From the IMG/VR virus record IMGVR_UViG_2860209820_000001: a stretch of DNA of 64,000 nucleotides. One strand, 5' to 3'. This stretch comes from a virus. The notes under the pieces are model-generated. The model did not search any database. It was not told the origin of the DNA and saw only the letters and a program-made list of their open reading frames with translations. Below are positions 51,491-60,963 of this stretch, piece after piece. Made by a program: the position numbers and the translations under genes. The number at the start of each line of letters is the position of its first letter. Within the stretch, counting starts at the first letter, position 1.

Positions 51491-54249
51491 CCACAAAAAC
51501 ATCCTCGCTGGTCATCAAACTGATCGACCAGCTCTCCGGCCCATCTAAGAAGGCGGCCGCAGCGCTCGACGGCGTCAACAGGTCCTCGAAGGGGCTAGAT
51601 GACGCCAAGAAGCGTGCGGCGGATTTCACCAAGGCTGTCGAGAAATTCGGCAAGACCAAGGACGCCTTTTCCAATGCCAACAAGGCATTCCGCGAGGCGC
51701 AAGCGCGAGTCAAAGAGCTCGCGCAGCAGATGAGAGCGGCTGGCGAGCCGAGCAAGAAGCTCGCCGCTGACTACAGGCGCGCCCAACAAGCCGTAAGCGG
51801 GGCCGCGGCATCATTTCGCCAGCAGCGCGAGGCGTTTGTTTCCGCGCGTCGAGCCATCGAGGGCTTTGGCGTAAACATTCGACGGGTCGGATCAGCCGAG
51901 CAGGCGATGAAGGCCGGCGTTGACGCCGCCAACCGCTCTCTCCGCGAACAAGAGCGCCTGCTTGCTCGGACGAAGGCCGCGGCACAGCGGAGTGCGAATC
52001 GCCGCGAGGCAATGGGCGTCGCAGGCGGCGTAGCGGGCGGCTATGTTGCCTACCGCGGCAGGCAGTTCGCCGAACGGGCGATCGTTTCCGCTGCCGAGTT
52101 TGATATCGGCGTCCGGGCTCAGCGGGCGTATGCTGGCGTCAAAAAGGAGGACCAGGACAAGTACCTGATCCCCCAGGCGAAGCGCATTGGCCAGGACACC
52201 CAGTTCACGAACCTCGACGTGGTGCACGCGCAGACGGCGGTGATGCAGGGCCTTCCTGAGAATATGCCTCGCGCGCAGGTCGCCAACAGCATCATCGAAG
52301 AGGCAAAGAACTACGCGCTCGCCATGCGGGCGGATATGACCGAGAGCGCCGAAGCGATACGCGGCTTTCTTGCGTCCACCGGCAAGGATATTTCCACGCC
52401 GGAGAAGGCCATCAAGGAAGCCCGCCGCGCCAGTAACATGTCCATCCGAATGGCCAAGCTTGGCGGCCTGTCGGACGAGGACGTTCAGCAGTTTTGGAAA
52501 TACGGGGGCGCGTCAGGCACGGTCGCGGGTCTTTCCGATGAGACGAAGGCGGCCCTGGCCGTGGGACTCCGTCGCGCCGGCGTGCGTGGCGATGAGGCCG
52601 GTGTCTTCCTGCGCTCGGCAGCTGGCAAGCTTGTCGCGCCCACACAAAAGGGTCTTGCGGCGCTAGCTTCCACGGGCATTGACTACAGCAAGTACACTAC
52701 GATGCCTGGCGGCCTCTCGGTCGATGCGCTCGAGGGCAAATTTAAGCAGGACTTCGGCAAGGGGTTCACGCCAGAGATCCGCGAGCGTCTCGCTGATGTT
52801 CTGGATGACACCGAGATCATCAACGACCGTGGAGCATTCACGGCCGCTGTGACTGAAGCGGTGTCAGACCTATTCGAGAAGACGAACAAGGGCAAGATGA
52901 AGGCGAAGGACGCCCAGACGCTCGCCAAGAAAGTGGGCGAGTTCCACAAATTCTCGGTGGAAAGCGTCGATGCGGAAGGCCTGCTTGCAGCCATCCTTAG
53001 CAAGGATCCGTCCCTCGGTATTCTGAATGCGTTTTTCACCGACCGTCAGGGCGGCCGAGGCGCGATGCTCGCGAAGGCGTTCGGCCAGTTCTCCCAAGAT
53101 CGAGAGTCGCTGACCAATACGCCAGACGACTTCGGAAAGAAGATTGCTGACGAGATGATGGCCGGGCTTGGCGGCGCGTTCGAACGCCTGAAGGGATCGG
53201 TCGAGACACTCACACAGTCGATCGGTGAGGCCAATGCAACTTGGCTGACGTGGAGCTTTGACAAGATTGGAAACGCGCTCGACGCGATCTCCAACTTGTC
53301 GGAGCCGGCGCGGAGGGTTGCGACTGCATTCGGCGCGACTGCGGCAGCGCTTGGTGCTGTCGGGGCATTCAAGACGCTGGCCGGCATTGTCGGTCTTGGT
53401 GCGGCTGGCCCCGCCCTTCTTGAGTCGGCTGCCGCCCTGAACGTTGCCGCCGCTCGACTGGGTGCTGCCGGTGGTGGTGGCGTGCCTGACGTGGTCGGAG
53501 GGAAGGGTGGCAAAAGACGCGGCGGGCTGCTCAACAAGGGGCTGAAAACCGTTGGTGTCGTTACCGGCATCGCTGCGGGCGTCGAAGTTATCGACTATGC
53601 TACGGGCGTTGCTGGTCAAGTCCTTTCGGGCTCCACGCACAACCCTGCAGATATCAAAGGTGACAAGGACGAGGGCAGGGCGAGGCTCAGCGAGTACACC
53701 CAGCAACTCGATGAGATCAACGCCAAGCTCGGCGACATCTACTCCAAGAGCAAGTTGCCCGATGTGGCGGCAACGCTTGCTTCGCCGCTTGAGGCGGAGA
53801 AGGCACGCATCACGCAGACGATCGCTGACCTTGAGAAGGCAGTTAGCAAGCTCGACACTAAGCCGATCGTTTTGCCCGAGATCGACGCCCCCGGACCACT
53901 GAACCCGTTCCATAACGGCAGCTTGCCGCAAAGCGCTCCGCTGCCGCCTAGCCGGCCAGAGGTGATGGGCCCGAATCCCCAGCCCACGGTCGACACCGCG
54001 GCGCTCGACGAAGCCAAGGCCAAGGCTGAGGAAGCCGGCAACGACATCAAGGCATCCCTTGACGTGGTCGCGCGGCCCCAAGTCGACGTCTCTTCGATCG
54101 CCGACGCGGAAAGCTTCGTGGATCGCCTGCTGCGAAAACTGAACATGGTTGGCCCTGCCGCACAGCAAGCGCAGGCTGCTGTCGGCCGCTCAGTCGGCGC
54201 GAGCTTTAAGAACCGTCAGGACGGTTCGCTACATGACGGAGCGCAGTGA
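51487..54249 (+). CDS. tail tape measure protein
   Basis: About 920 aa, helical, Ala-rich; follows the chaperones. Confidence 0.9.
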   Translation: MTTKTSSLVIKLIDQLSGPSKKAAAALDGVNRSSKGLDDAKKRAADFTKAVEKFGKTKDAFSNANKAFREAQARVKELAQQMRAAGEPSKKLAADYRRAQQAVSGAAASFRQQREAFVSARRAIEGFGVNIRRVGSAEQAMKAGVDAANRSLREQERLLARTKAAAQRSANRREAMGVAGGVAGGYVAYRGRQFAERAIVSAAEFDIGVRAQRAYAGVKKEDQDKYLIPQAKRIGQDTQFTNLDVVHAQTAVMQGLPENMPRAQVANSIIEEAKNYALAMRADMTESAEAIRGFLASTGKDISTPEKAIKEARRASNMSIRMAKLGGLSDEDVQQFWKYGGASGTVAGLSDETKAALAVGLRRAGVRGDEAGVFLRSAAGKLVAPTQKGLAALASTGIDYSKYTTMPGGLSVDALEGKFKQDFGKGFTPEIRERLADVLDDTEIINDRGAFTAAVTEAVSDLFEKTNKGKMKAKDAQTLAKKVGEFHKFSVESVDAEGLLAAILSKDPSLGILNAFFTDRQGGRGAMLAKAFGQFSQDRESLTNTPDDFGKKIADEMMAGLGGAFERLKGSVETLTQSIGEANATWLTWSFDKIGNALDAISNLSEPARRVATAFGATAAALGAVGAFKTLAGIVGLGAAGPALLESAAALNVAAARLGAAGGGGVPDVVGGKGGKRRGGLLNKGLKTVGVVTGIAAGVEVIDYATGVAGQVLSGSTHNPADIKGDKDEGRARLSEYTQQLDEINAKLGDIYSKSKLPDVAATLASPLEAEKARITQTIADLEKAVSKLDTKPIVLPEIDAPGPLNPFHNGSLPQSAPLPPSRPEVMGPNPQPTVDTAALDEAKAKAEEAGNDIKASLDVVARPQVDVSSIADAESFVDRLLRKLNMVGPAAQQAQAAVGRSVGASFKNRQDGSLHDGAQ

Positions 54250-54680
54250 TGGCGGGACCAGTAACACTCGCGCTAGGCCCCTTCGCTTTTACCGCGATCG
54301 GTTTCGGTTACCAGGGCGTCAAGCGCAAGCTGTCGACGCCCTGGGCCGCCCAGCAAGTTGTCGATCGGCTGGAGGCGCTCCAGTGGCTCGGCCCGAAGTC
54401 CGACGAGGTGACGGTTGAGGGCGTCCTGTTTCCGGAAGAGTTCGGGGGCATGGACACCCTCGACGGCCTTCGCGGGGCGGCCCTGTCTGGTCAGTCACTG
54501 ATGTTCGTTTCGTTGGCCGGTCGAATCTACGGCCCGCATGTGATCGAGGGCGTTGACGAGGATCGCGCCTATCACGACGCATACGGCGCCCCTCAGATGC
54601 TGTCCTACTCGCTGCAACTGCGTCGTGTTTCCGGCAGTAGTGCGGCATCCGCGGCGACTTCGCTTCTGAGGCTGTTCTGA
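54249..54680 (+). CDS. tail protein gpU
   Basis: LALGPFAF, LQWLGP, VEGVLFP. Confidence 0.85.
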   Translation: MAGPVTLALGPFAFTAIGFGYQGVKRKLSTPWAAQQVVDRLEALQWLGPKSDEVTVEGVLFPEEFGGMDTLDGLRGAALSGQSLMFVSLAGRIYGPHVIEGVDEDRAYHDAYGAPQMLSYSLQLRRVSGSSAASAATSLLRLF

Positions 54681-54892
54681 TGGCAACGACATACACCACG
54701 ATCGACGGTGACATGCTCGACATGCTTTGCCAGCGCATCTACGGCCGGCATCGCGATACAGCGGAAGCGGTCCTCGCTGCCAATAGGGGCCTGGCGTCGT
54801 TCGGCGCTAAGCTGCCCGCAGGCGTCACCATCACCTTTCCGGACCTGCCCAAGGCCAGCGCCGCCACACAGCCGAAGAAGCTCTGGGGATAA
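54680..54892 (+). CDS. tail protein X (LysM-like)
   Basis: YTTIDGDMLDMLC...VLAANRGLA...LPAGVTITFPD. Confidence 0.9.
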   Translation: MATTYTTIDGDMLDMLCQRIYGRHRDTAEAVLAANRGLASFGAKLPAGVTITFPDLPKASAATQPKKLWG

Positions 54893-54895
54893 CGC

Positions 54896-55891
54896 ATGCA
54901 TTATCCCAGAGCGGAAGTAACCGTGAACGGCACCCCTGTTACGGGTGCCTTCTATTCCCGGCTGATCTCGCTGAAGGTGGCGGATCATGCCGGCTTTGAT
55001 TCCGATGCGGTGGAGATCGAGGTTCAGGACGGCAATCCCTTCCTCGAGATCCCTGAGCGCGGTGACGATATCCGCGTGAGCCTCGGCTATGAGGACTCCG
55101 GTGTCGTGCACATGGGCTCCTTCATTGTGGATTCGGTGGAGGTCGAGTGCCTGCCGTACGGCATCCGCATTTCGGGAAAATCCGCCGACGTCCGCAAGGA
55201 AATGAAGGGGCGGAAGGAACGCCACTGGGACGGCAAGTCGTTGAAAGAGATTGTCGAGGAGATCGCCCAGGAGCACGGGCTCGAGCCCGCCATCGGCGCC
55301 AGTATCGGCCAGTTCAAATATGACTGGGTCGGTCAGCAAGACGAGTCTGATCTCCACTTCCTGACCCGCATGGCCAAGCGCCACGGCGCGATCTTCGCGC
55401 CGAAGAACGGCAAGCTGATCTTTGCGCCACGAGGTGAGGCCACAAGCGCGGCCGGCGAGGCTCTCACGCCCTTTGTCGTCACGCGCGACATGATCCTCCC
55501 CAACACCTGCCGCGTGCGCTTCGCCGACCGCGGCAGGCATGAGAAGGTCACCGCGATTTTCCAGGACCGCGGCAAGCAGAAGCGCGTCGAGACAGAGATC
55601 GAAAGCGACCCGCTCGGCGGGGCCGCGTTCCGCATCCCCGACCCGTTCGGTTCCGAGGATGAGGCGAAGGCTGCAGCCGGCGCGATCGCCAAGGAGAAGA
55701 AGGCGGACGCGGACACCCTGTCCGTGACGGTCCTCGGCGCGCCGCATGCATCCGCCGGCGCACCGCTTGTTCTCCAGGGCGTTCGGCCCGGCGTCGATGA
55801 CGTCGACTGGATCATCGACTCGGTCGATCACGACTTCTCCAAGTCCGGCTACACCTCAAGCATCGAAGCCAAGCGCAAGAGCGGCACGTAG
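54896..55891 (+). CDS. late control / baseplate hub protein gpD
   Basis: DHAGFDSD, QQDESDLHFLTRMA, HDFSKSGY. Confidence 0.9.
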   Translation: MHYPRAEVTVNGTPVTGAFYSRLISLKVADHAGFDSDAVEIEVQDGNPFLEIPERGDDIRVSLGYEDSGVVHMGSFIVDSVEVECLPYGIRISGKSADVRKEMKGRKERHWDGKSLKEIVEEIAQEHGLEPAIGASIGQFKYDWVGQQDESDLHFLTRMAKRHGAIFAPKNGKLIFAPRGEATSAAGEALTPFVVTRDMILPNTCRVRFADRGRHEKVTAIFQDRGKQKRVETEIESDPLGGAAFRIPDPFGSEDEAKAAAGAIAKEKKADADTLSVTVLGAPHASAGAPLVLQGVRPGVDDVDWIIDSVDHDFSKSGYTSSIEAKRKSGT

Positions 55892-55917
55892 GCCCGCATT
55901 TCCATTCAGGACCATCC

Positions 55918-56613
55918 ATGACAATCAGCACTGACGTTCAGGGCACGGCATCAGCCCTTGCCGCACTCGATCTTGCGAACAAGGCCCTGACCGATGTTGC
56001 CGCGCTGCTGGCACGTGCGACGGCAGAGAACAATCGAGCGGCGGCAAATGGAGTTGCCACTGACGCCAAGATCGCAGTTCTGGCCGATGCGCAGAGAGCC
56101 GTCGACGCGGCAATGTCTGAACTGTCTCTGTTGCGAAATGACGTTACCGCCAAGGCGCAGGCGGTCGCCACGGCGCAGGCTGCGGTAGCCGTCGCCAAGG
56201 CCACCGTCGACAGCACGGCCGAGGCGCTGGAAATCTTGGCCGGTCAGGTCGAGGAAGACGCCGCGGCAGCCCAGAATGCGGCGACAAATGCAGAGTCGCT
56301 CATTGTTTCCGCGCCTGTTGTGCGCATCGTGATCCCCGATACCAGCTACACGCTCCTGGCAGAGAACATCGGCAAGTATCACGACTTTACGGCGGCAACG
56401 GCGATCACTGTCACTTTGCCGGCCAATATGCCGGAGGGATGGCATTGTGGATGGGCGCAGCTCGGCGCGGGTCGGATCACCTTCGCCGGTGCACACAATG
56501 CTCTGGAGATGACGAAATCGGCCGCCAAGGATGCGCAGGGCTTTCTCCGCGTGCGCGATAATGCGGGTGGCAACGCTGCGTATTGGCTCCTCAGTGGCGA
56601 GGTCGCGGAATGA
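55918..56613 (+). CDS. hypothetical virion protein (coiled coil plus beta domain)
   Basis: Ala-rich heptads, then YTLLAEN...TVTLPAN. Confidence 0.6.
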   Translation: MTISTDVQGTASALAALDLANKALTDVAALLARATAENNRAAANGVATDAKIAVLADAQRAVDAAMSELSLLRNDVTAKAQAVATAQAAVAVAKATVDSTAEALEILAGQVEEDAAAAQNAATNAESLIVSAPVVRIVIPDTSYTLLAENIGKYHDFTAATAITVTLPANMPEGWHCGWAQLGAGRITFAGAHNALEMTKSAAKDAQGFLRVRDNAGGNAAYWLLSGEVAE

Positions 56614-57449
56614 CCGGGCTAGCGCTTGGCATCTCGCTGCCGTCCGCCGCGGCAACGATCCGTCGCATTCGGCCGCCAAGCTATGACTCGGATGCACTGG
56701 AGCTCTTTGGGTATTATGAGCTGATCGACGGCGGCGGGATCTCCTCGGCATACAAGCGCGTCCTCAGCGATCTCTACGTCAATGCCAAGGATATCGATGT
56801 CTTCTGGTCGTTCGATTCCTTTCACGATCTCGGTGCGATCGGGCCGGCCAAATACATCATCAACATGTTTGGCGATAAGACCAAGTACACGCTGGGACGC
56901 GCTAACGCGCCGGTGCATACCGATAAGGTCGGAACGAAATGCGACGGCGCGACCAGCTATCTGACGGTGTCAGGAATGACGCTCGGCGCGGGCACGCTTT
57001 ATCAGCGTGATGACGCTTGCCTGTGGCTCGACATCGTCGACGACGTCCCCAACACCGGCATGGTCGATGCTGGGGCGGGGCAGGGGTATGTGTTGGCGAT
57101 CGTTTCACGCACCACGACGACGAACCAGGCGATCTTCTCCATCAACAGTGTGGCGAGCTCAAACCAGTTGACCGCCAATGGCATAACGACCTCGGCGGGG
57201 CTGTATGGCCTGCAGAGGCTCGACGGCTCGACGGTGCGGGCATGGAAGAATGACGCTCTGCTCGCTGAAAAGACCGACAGTTTATCCGAGGGCCTACCTC
57301 AAGCCGGCGTGCGGCTTGGCGGCCGTACGCCCTCCAGCTTCAGCAGCCGGACGCTGCGCTTTGCCGCCCTCGGCGCCGCCATACCCGGCAAAGAGCTGGC
57401 CTTTCGCCAAATGCTGCAAACCTACAAAGCCGGGATCAACGCCCTATGA
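56610..57449 (+). CDS. hypothetical tail-associated protein (lectin-like fold possible)
   Basis: Beta-rich; CDGATSYL, VRAWKND. Confidence 0.55.
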   Translation: MTGLALGISLPSAAATIRRIRPPSYDSDALELFGYYELIDGGGISSAYKRVLSDLYVNAKDIDVFWSFDSFHDLGAIGPAKYIINMFGDKTKYTLGRANAPVHTDKVGTKCDGATSYLTVSGMTLGAGTLYQRDDACLWLDIVDDVPNTGMVDAGAGQGYVLAIVSRTTTTNQAIFSINSVASSNQLTANGITTSAGLYGLQRLDGSTVRAWKNDALLAEKTDSLSEGLPQAGVRLGGRTPSSFSSRTLRFAALGAAIPGKELAFRQMLQTYKAGINAL

Positions 57450-57703
57450 CCGATACAGTCCGAACGTTCTGTGTTTTCGATGACGTGCAGCGCGATGCAG
57501 TGGTTGAATTGAATGACCCGCTGACCTTCCTCGATCCTCGCCTGATCAACAACCCCTACGCGCCTGTGGAAGTGCAGGGGAAGTATGCGGCGAACGCCAA
57601 CGTGATGAACGATCCCGCATTCGCGCGCTTTCTCCCCGTGCTTGAGGCTGTCCCTCGCATGATCCTGGATTCGGACATGCTGTTTTCGCCGATACCGGAT
57701 TGA
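57446..57703 (+). CDS. hypothetical protein
   Basis: Coupled ORF. Confidence 0.55.
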   Translation: MTDTVRTFCVFDDVQRDAVVELNDPLTFLDPRLINNPYAPVEVQGKYAANANVMNDPAFARFLPVLEAVPRMILDSDMLFSPIPD

Positions 57704-57955
57704 CGGGAATTGGCCCGCCCCCAGCCGCAGCTCTGCCGGGGAGGGCATGTCGCGGCCGGGGGCGCTACCTCATCGCCGGGGGAGCGGTGTTGAGGTCTGC
57801 CATCGGAACATAGCTCGTCTCGGCTAGCAAGCCGCCCCCGGCCGCTTCGCTGGGGGCAATCTCGGCCGGAGGCTTCGGCCTGGAGGTAAGCAGGCATTTC
57901 TAGCCAATCACGGCCAAGCTCGCGTCGCAAGGCGGATAAACGTTCGGAGACATCA

Positions 57956-58075
57956 ATGAAATCCCTCCTTCTCGTGGTGGCTCTCGCCGCCGCGCTGAGC
58001 GCGTGCGCGTCCGCGTCTTCGGACTGGGGCGCCATCACCCACGCCACCAAGCAAACCATTGAGCGCGACCAATGA
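57956..58075 (+). CDS. small lipoprotein (39 aa)
   Basis: Manual translation MKSLLLVVALAAALSACASASSDWGAITHATKQTIERDQ; lipobox LSAC; GGAG RBS; ATGA overlap with the endolysin. Confidence 0.6.
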   Translation: MKSLLLVVALAAALSACASASSDWGAITHATKQTIERDQ

Positions 58076-58668
58076 GCCGCGCCGCATTCTACAGCGCCGT
58101 GCGAAAACGGCCGTTTGGCGGTGCGCTCGTGCAAAGCCAGGTCGACGGGATGGAAACGATCCTCGACGCTTGGGCTGCGCTGGCTATCAGCGACGACCGG
58201 CGATGGCTGGCCTACATGCTGGCCACGACCTACCACGAAACCGCAGCGACCATGCAGCCGATCCGAGAGAGGGGAGGGGCGGCTTATTTCACGCGCATGT
58301 ACGACATCCGTGGCGAGCGACCCCGTGTAGCGACGGAGCTCGGCAACACCCGACCGGGGGATGGCGCGCTCTTTCATGGGCGCGGCTATGTCCAACTGAC
58401 CGGCCGTCGCAACTACGCCCGCGCGTCCGACGTCGTCCAGCACGACCTTGTTGCGGATCCCGACGCGGCCATGCGGCCGGACTTCGCCACTGCCATTATG
58501 TTTGCCGGTATGCGAGACGGCTGGTTCACCGGCAAGCGGCTCGCCGATTACTTCAGCCGAACCAAGGACGATCCCGCAAACGCGCGTCGAATCATCAATG
58601 GCACTGACAAGGCTCAGTTGATCGCCGGGTATCATCGGGATTTCCTGGCGGCGTTCGGCAATGGCTGA
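58072..58668 (+). CDS. endolysin, glycoside hydrolase family 19
   Basis: AYMLATTYHET, HGRGYVQLTGRRNY, ARRIING. Confidence 0.9.
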   Translation: MSRAAFYSAVRKRPFGGALVQSQVDGMETILDAWAALAISDDRRWLAYMLATTYHETAATMQPIRERGGAAYFTRMYDIRGERPRVATELGNTRPGDGALFHGRGYVQLTGRRNYARASDVVQHDLVADPDAAMRPDFATAIMFAGMRDGWFTGKRLADYFSRTKDDPANARRIINGTDKAQLIAGYHRDFLAAFGNG

Positions 58669-58954
58669 TGACGTCGCCCGCGTCTCCAAGGACAACTGGA
58701 AAATCCGGCGGCGCGTCGTGTTCGGCGCGCTTGGCTACATCGCCATCATGCTCGCCTACATCGTCTTTGTGGGCACAGACAGCGCTCTGTTTGGTCAGGT
58801 CGCCGTGGGCCTGATCGGCGCGGCCGTCGCCATCATCGGCTCGTACGTTTTTGGAGCAGTATTCGATGACAACGGGAAACGCCGCCTCATGGCCGAGCGC
58901 GGAGAAGTCGACGACGACGGGCCACGGGGGCGATGGTCTAAGTTCAAAATCTGA
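58661..58954 (+). CDS. holin-like membrane protein
   Basis: Two TM segments; WKIRRRVVF and IIGSYVFGA motifs. Confidence 0.7.
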   Translation: MADDVARVSKDNWKIRRRVVFGALGYIAIMLAYIVFVGTDSALFGQVAVGLIGAAVAIIGSYVFGAVFDDNGKRRLMAERGEVDDDGPRGRWSKFKI

Positions 58955-58994
58955 GGCGGCCTTCGATCGGGAAGTCAAACTTCTCCATCGACTT

Positions 58995-59429
58995 ATGTCA
59001 TTCACAAAAATCGATGAGCAAAGTGGATGCTGGCTGTGGACCGGATCCAAGACCCATAATGGGTATGGAGAGCTCAACGTCGACCGTCGAGCGCGTAGGG
59101 TGCATAGGCTATCCTACGAACTACTTCATGGCTCAATCCCCACCGGGGAGTTTGTTTGCCATTCTTGCGATGTCCGCGCTTGCTGGAACCCGGCACACTT
59201 GTTCTGCGGCACCGCTCAAGACAACTCCAGCGACATGAAGGCCAAGGGGCGCCATCGACCCGCGCCTCAACGTGGCGGCGCAAACGGCAACGCACTCGTC
59301 GACGAAGAGGCGGTTCGGCGGATCCGGCTGGACCAAAGGCCCTTGAAAACGATCGCCGCCGAACTCGGACTCCACTTCACGACAGTCAGTGATATCCGGC
59401 GCCGAAAGTCTTGGAGGCACGTCGAATGA
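58995..59429 (+). CDS. HNH endonuclease
   Basis: GCWLWTG, GYG, VCHSCDVRACWNPAHL...DNSSDM; start uncertain. Confidence 0.85.
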   Translation: MSFTKIDEQSGCWLWTGSKTHNGYGELNVDRRARRVHRLSYELLHGSIPTGEFVCHSCDVRACWNPAHLFCGTAQDNSSDMKAKGRHRPAPQRGGANGNALVDEEAVRRIRLDQRPLKTIAAELGLHFTTVSDIRRRKSWRHVE

Positions 59430-59827
59430 AATGGATAGCCGCACTGCTGGGCGTGAGCCCGGCAGTGATCTATGTGGCGCTTGCTCTGGCCGCCACCGTG
59501 CCCGCCGCGTTCTGGGGCTACGGCGCCTGGCAATATCGCTCTGGCCGCTCGGTGGGCAAGGCGGAGGTGACACTTGCCGTTGAGCGCGCCACCGCCGCGG
59601 AACGCGAGCGCCAGTGGATCGCCAATGAGGCGGCCCAAGCCGTGGCCCGCGAACAGGTCGAGCGCCTCACCAAGAGCCGCGACCGACTCCAATCCCTCCT
59701 GAAGGAAATCGCCGATGCGGCAGATCAAGATCCTCTGCGCGATGCTTGCGGTGTTGGCGCTGACAGCAGCATGCGGCTCGACAAAATTCGTCGCCCAGCC
59801 GCCGGTTCTAAGTCCTCCTCCCGCTGA
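59426..59827 (+). CDS. i-spanin (Rz-like)
   Basis: N-terminal TM plus coiled coil. Confidence 0.7.
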   Translation: MKWIAALLGVSPAVIYVALALAATVPAAFWGYGAWQYRSGRSVGKAEVTLAVERATAAERERQWIANEAAQAVAREQVERLTKSRDRLQSLLKEIADAADQDPLRDACGVGADSSMRLDKIRRPAAGSKSSSR

Positions 59828-60005
59828 ACTGGAGAAGGACTGCGCCGATACCGTCCCTTTGCCCAAGCGTAGGCTCGCACAGCATGAAGTCGAGCGCCTT
59901 TGGGGACAGGACCGCGCCAACCTTGTCGAGTGCGGGGAGGGCAAGGCCGCTCTGCGCGACTTCTACCGGGACAGGGATTCACGCCTGTCCCCGAAAGCTT
60001 CATGA
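59715..60005 (+). CDS. o-spanin (Rz1-like lipoprotein)
   Basis: Lipobox-like TAAC, Pro-rich, overlaps Rz in another frame. Confidence 0.7.
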   Translation: MRQIKILCAMLAVLALTAACGSTKFVAQPPVLSPPPAELEKDCADTVPLPKRRLAQHEVERLWGQDRANLVECGEGKAALRDFYRDRDSRLSPKAS

Positions 60006-60313
60006 TGGAATTTTCTTTCCTATTCGGGGCCGTCTCGGCTTGCGTGGCCGTTGTTGGCGCGATCGCTGCTGCGCTGCGCCATCAGCACAACCAGATCCGA
60101 GCGGTGCAACAGGACGCGGCGCACGAGATCGACGCCATTCGGGAGCAGGTGACCGCAACTCGCCGGGCGCTGACCGAATTTCAGGTCGAAGTCGCGAAGA
60201 ACTACACCACCAACAGCGTGATTCAGCAGGTCGAGGACAGGCTTGTCGCCGCGATCAACCGCATTGGCGACCGCCTCGACCAAGCCTTCGACAAGCTCGC
60301 ATCCCGACAGTAA
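60002..60313 (+). CDS. membrane-anchored coiled-coil protein
   Basis: N-terminal TM; FQVEVAKNYT motif. Confidence 0.6.
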   Translation: MMEFSFLFGAVSACVAVVGAIAAALRHQHNQIRAVQQDAAHEIDAIREQVTATRRALTEFQVEVAKNYTTNSVIQQVEDRLVAAINRIGDRLDQAFDKLASRQ

Positions 60314-60324
60314 CGGAGGGCCAT

Positions 60325-60963
60325 ATGCGCAAGCCCCTATATCTCGCGGCTCAGATTTTTGGCGCCGCGTGCGCTGCCGTGCTCGTGCTTTTCCTGGTGT
60401 CGGCGCAGGCCCCGGCCCCTACGCCCAAGGCCGGATCGGTCGTTTATCTCGGCGACGCGCGCGGCCACGGGTCCGGCGTGCACATCGGGGAGGGTTACAT
60501 TCTCACGGCCGCGCATGTCGTGCGTGACGAAACCACCATGGATGTCACGACCGATGCCAACGTCACCATTAAGGGCACCGTGCTCTGGTCGAATAAGGCG
60601 TATGACGTGGCGCTTATGAGGGCCAATGTCCAGGCGAAGGTTGCGCCGCTCTCCTGCCGCGAGGCCATACCCGGCGAAGACATCACGATCGCCGGCAATC
60701 CGAACGACCTGAAGTTCATCAAGACCTACGGCCGGGTCGGTGGCGAGGCGCGTGAGTATGGCCCGTGGAAGCGGGTGTTCGTGGCCGACGCTACGATCAT
60801 TCCAGGTGTCAGCGGTGGGCCGACCTTTGACGCGAAGGGCAACGTGATTGGTGTCAATGTCGGGGTGATGCTCGTGCAGACCGGCATCTCGGGATCCATT
60901 GCTCGACTCGGCTATGTCGTGCCAGCGTCCGTTGCCTGCATGCTGATGGCGAGGGACATCTGA
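60325..60963 (+). CDS. trypsin-like serine protease (S1) with signal anchor
   Basis: ILTAAHVV (His), YDVAL (Asp), PGVSGGP (Ser). Confidence 0.9.
   Translation: MRKPLYLAAQIFGAACAAVLVLFLVSAQAPAPTPKAGSVVYLGDARGHGSGVHIGEGYILTAAHVVRDETTMDVTTDANVTIKGTVLWSNKAYDVALMRANVQAKVAPLSCREAIPGEDITIAGNPNDLKFIKTYGRVGGEAREYGPWKRVFVADATIIPGVSGGPTFDAKGNVIGVNVGVMLVQTGISGSIARLGYVVPASVACMLMARDI

Noticed and set aside
57703-57800. Cobalamin riboswitch (gggaat...gccccc start)
   Set aside because: The B12 box and the conserved GCAACTGT-like core are absent; kept only as an unassigned structured element
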